From Candidatus Eiseniibacteriota bacterium (GTDB taxonomy: Bacteria > Eisenbacteria > RBG-16-71-46 > JABDJR01): DNA of 64,000 bases. The notes under the pieces were generated by a model. That model did not search any database and was not told the origin of the DNA. It worked only from the letters and a program-made list of their open reading frames with translations. The DNA lies in assembly GCA_963762255.1 (NCBI GenBank), contig CAVXKA010000002.1:384001-448000 (forward strand), written 5' to 3'. This document shows positions 61,701-64,000 of the stretch, piece by piece. Numbering within the stretch: position 1 is the stretch's first letter; the number at the start of each line of letters is the position of its first letter. The position numbers and the translations under genes were made by a program.

Positions 61701-64000
61701 TGCGGTAGAGCCGCCACCCGTTGGCGGGATTGGTGTAGCGCGACGGATAGTCGCGTCCGAGATCGATGAGGGCCGGATCGTCGAGGCCTATCCGATACTC
61801 GTTGTAGTTGTTGGTCTTCGACAGGGTGAAGTCCCCGTTCAGGTCCTCGGTATCCACCGCCGTGTTGGATTCGGTGCCGTTGATGCCCAGGTACTTCTCC
61901 AGGCGCTCGGTGATGTTGCGCTCGGGGTCATTGGTCTCGATCGTGCGCTTGCGGTCGTCACCGGCGGGATCCGAATTCTCGGTGCCCGGCTCCGTGAAGC
62001 GCTCCTTCTCGGGGTTCAGCAGCTCTTGCCCGTCCGGAATGCCGTCCAGCCCGAGATCCTCGGTGTATTCCAGCTGGGTACCCGAACGGTTCACATCTTC
62101 GGTGTCCAGCTTGTCGTTGGGGGGATCCGGCGGGGTGAGGGGATCCCACACCGCGTCCTCGCTCACCTGACCGATGTCCACAAGAAGCTCGCCGCGCCGG
62201 GGCCGCGACCCATCCTGGTAGTTCGCGTAGTCGTTGACCCACACGTCCAGATACTGCGCGGTCGACACGTCCACTCCGCCGGAGGACAGCACGGTGGTGA
62301 GCCCTGCCCAGGAACCCGACGGGCCCGGATTGTTCTGCGGGACGTAGATCATCTCCAGGACCGGCACGAGGTCGTTCTTCTCCGCCCGGGATTCCGCCCC
62401 CGGCGTGATGTCCTCGACGCGCACCGTGTTCGGAGAGAACCAGAGCAGCTTCCCACGGTCGGTGGCCTCGGGATTGATCTCCTCGCTCGACTCCTCCGTC
62501 CGACGGATGTACTTGACCGGCGCGCTGGAGTAGAACCAGTTGAATCGGTTCACCGGTGTGGAGGTGATGACTTCCGCCCCCTCCATGTCGTCGAGGTACA
62601 CCACGTTGCGGGTGTTCGGATCGGGGAAAGAAAGTCCGAGGGCGCCGTTCACTTCGAGCCGCGACGGCACCGCGGTGGAGACCAGCGGCATCTTATCCAC
62701 GATCTCGGTGAGGGCCCACGGCGTGAAGCGGACCTGTCCGGAGAGGTCGCCCACCGTGGTCTTGGTCGGCTCCTGGCCCAGCCTCGGACGACGATCGGGC
62801 AGTCCCCGGCTCTCGTGCAGCCACGAGGTGGAGAAGTTGTACCTGGAGTTCGGATCGCTGCGGGTAGCGATGCTTCCCCCACCAGACTCCGCGATCCCCG
62901 GCTGAACGGGGAGTCGTAGGAGTAGGTCACCACCAGATCCGCGCCCGGGGCGGTGGCGAGGGGGTTCTTGAGCGAGATCGTGCCGGTGTCGTAGAAGATC
63001 GTGTAGTCCGTTCCGCGCAACAGCACGTCGCCGTTCAAGCGCACCGTCTCCGATCCCTCGAGGATGTTGCCCATCGCGTTGAGCTGGATGGTGTTCACCG
63101 CGGTGCGGAACGTGGCCACGATCGTGTACAGATGGAACTTCGAGGCTTGAGTGCTCAGACGATCCACGCGAAGGTCGTAGATCTCGGGAACCGTCTCGTC
63201 CGTCGCGGAACGCATGGGAACACCCTGCGTCGTCTGCTGCTCGCAGGGCACGGGGCTGACCAGCCTCCACCCGAGCGTATCGGGGCGGCAGCCCGTCGCC
63301 CCGATCGGCCAGGAGCGGGCACGGACCCCGGGGGCTCCACTGATGTCCACAGCGCTCGGGTCGAATGGGCGCAGGTCGGGGAAGAAGAGGAGCCCCTGCT
63401 CGTAGTCGATGTAATCGCTATCGATGAGCCCGTCCGGTGTGAAATCGCTCCGGTCGTTGTTGTTGCGCTGGTCGAGCCCCAGGATCTGGATGAGCGGAGT
63501 CTTCGTGCCCCATTCGTTGGTGAGATCGGTGGGGTTGCTCCCGCCGATGTCCCGCTCGACGCGCAGCTCGAAGCTCGTGGGGTCGATGCTGCGAGCCCCC
63601 AGGCTGTAGACGTTCTTGAGTTCGAGCCGCCGCGCCGGCGCCCACACACTGACAGCGAGGCTGTCGGTCCCCCAGGTGAGTCCATCCGGGCGGATCATCT
63701 TGAGCTGAAGGACATCGGCGTCCCCGGGAGCGAAGGAACCCACCGTGTCCAACGACGCGCCTCCCGTGGGGACATAGGCGGTGGCGAGCACTTGGTTCGG
63801 GGATACGCCGTTCTTGAGCACCAGAAGCGGCTGGGTGAAGTTCTGGTTGTTGTAGACGACGTAATCGTCCTCGGGCTGGAGGAGGTGAAACTGTCCCTCG
63901 TAGGGCTCTTGCGGAGTGCGCCGGTTAGGATCGAGCCACACCTGGGCCGCGCGGGCGCCGAGGGTGCTGTTGTTGTTGAGATCTTTGTCGTCGAGATAGA
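58783..64000 (-). CDS. sprA: SprA-like giant outer membrane beta-barrel (T9SS translocon homologue); 5' end outside window; -1 frameshift in a G run at 62876-62880
   Basis: More than 1700 aa in the window. 'ELKNVYSLG', 'GSETVRLNG..L.RGTDYTI.Y..G', 'YLDDMEG', 'DIGQVSED', 'DTEDLNGD', 'WRLYRIPL', 'GNPSFSRV', 'VWMDELR', amphipathic strands and a terminal Phe. Confidence 0.85.

Noticed and set aside
58693-62919. Long plus-strand ORFs (599 aa, 426 aa)
   Set aside because: Antisense to the sprA-like gene; no recognisable domains.
1-64000. CRISPR arrays, IS elements, integrases, prophage or defence systems
   Set aside because: No regularly spaced repeats, terminal inverted repeats, or transposase, integrase or phage motifs were seen. 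The NTase at 39211-40311 lacks CBASS-type effector neighbours.

Overview
High-GC bacterial chromosomal segment with dense coding and no rRNA, tRNA, CRISPR array or mobile element that I can support. Gene content suggests a diderm of the wider FCB group outside Bacteroidota, for example Eisenbacteria/Krumholzibacteria/Latescibacteria-like; this placement is inference. From left to right: tolC-like gene (partial) with tonB-exbD-exbD-exbB; a divergent TPR/zinc-finger membrane protein plus a DUF4388 protein; LPS heptose genes (gmhB, waaF) and pspC; two GT-C-type membrane glycosyltransferases; ctpA; a secreted NHL propeller ending in a 'SWGGIKARY' tail; two sigma54 enhancer-binding proteins; DUF1028; suhB; an acyl-CoA ligase; a CDF transporter; two tandem thrC-like genes; a Zn-ribbon protein and PTS IIA; a ~16 kb Wza/Wzc/Wzx surface-glycan locus; a DHS-like gene, DUF3108, dut and an M16 peptidase; the core rimP-nusA-infB-DUF503-rbfA-truB-ribF-rpsO-pnp cluster; and a very large SprA-like gene coupled to a glutaminyl-cyclase-like M28 lipoprotein. 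Four genes (tolC, wza, dut, sprA) carry single-base frameshifts that are most likely assembly errors. The best novelty candidates are (1) a T9SS-like system built on SprA, a glutaminyl cyclase, a short WGxIK C-terminal tag and possibly a TonB-type motor, and (2) a glycan locus with a Walker-A-defective BY-kinase and an embedded nucleotidyltransferase/phosphodiesterase pair. All family assignments come from motif recognition by eye; no searches were run.
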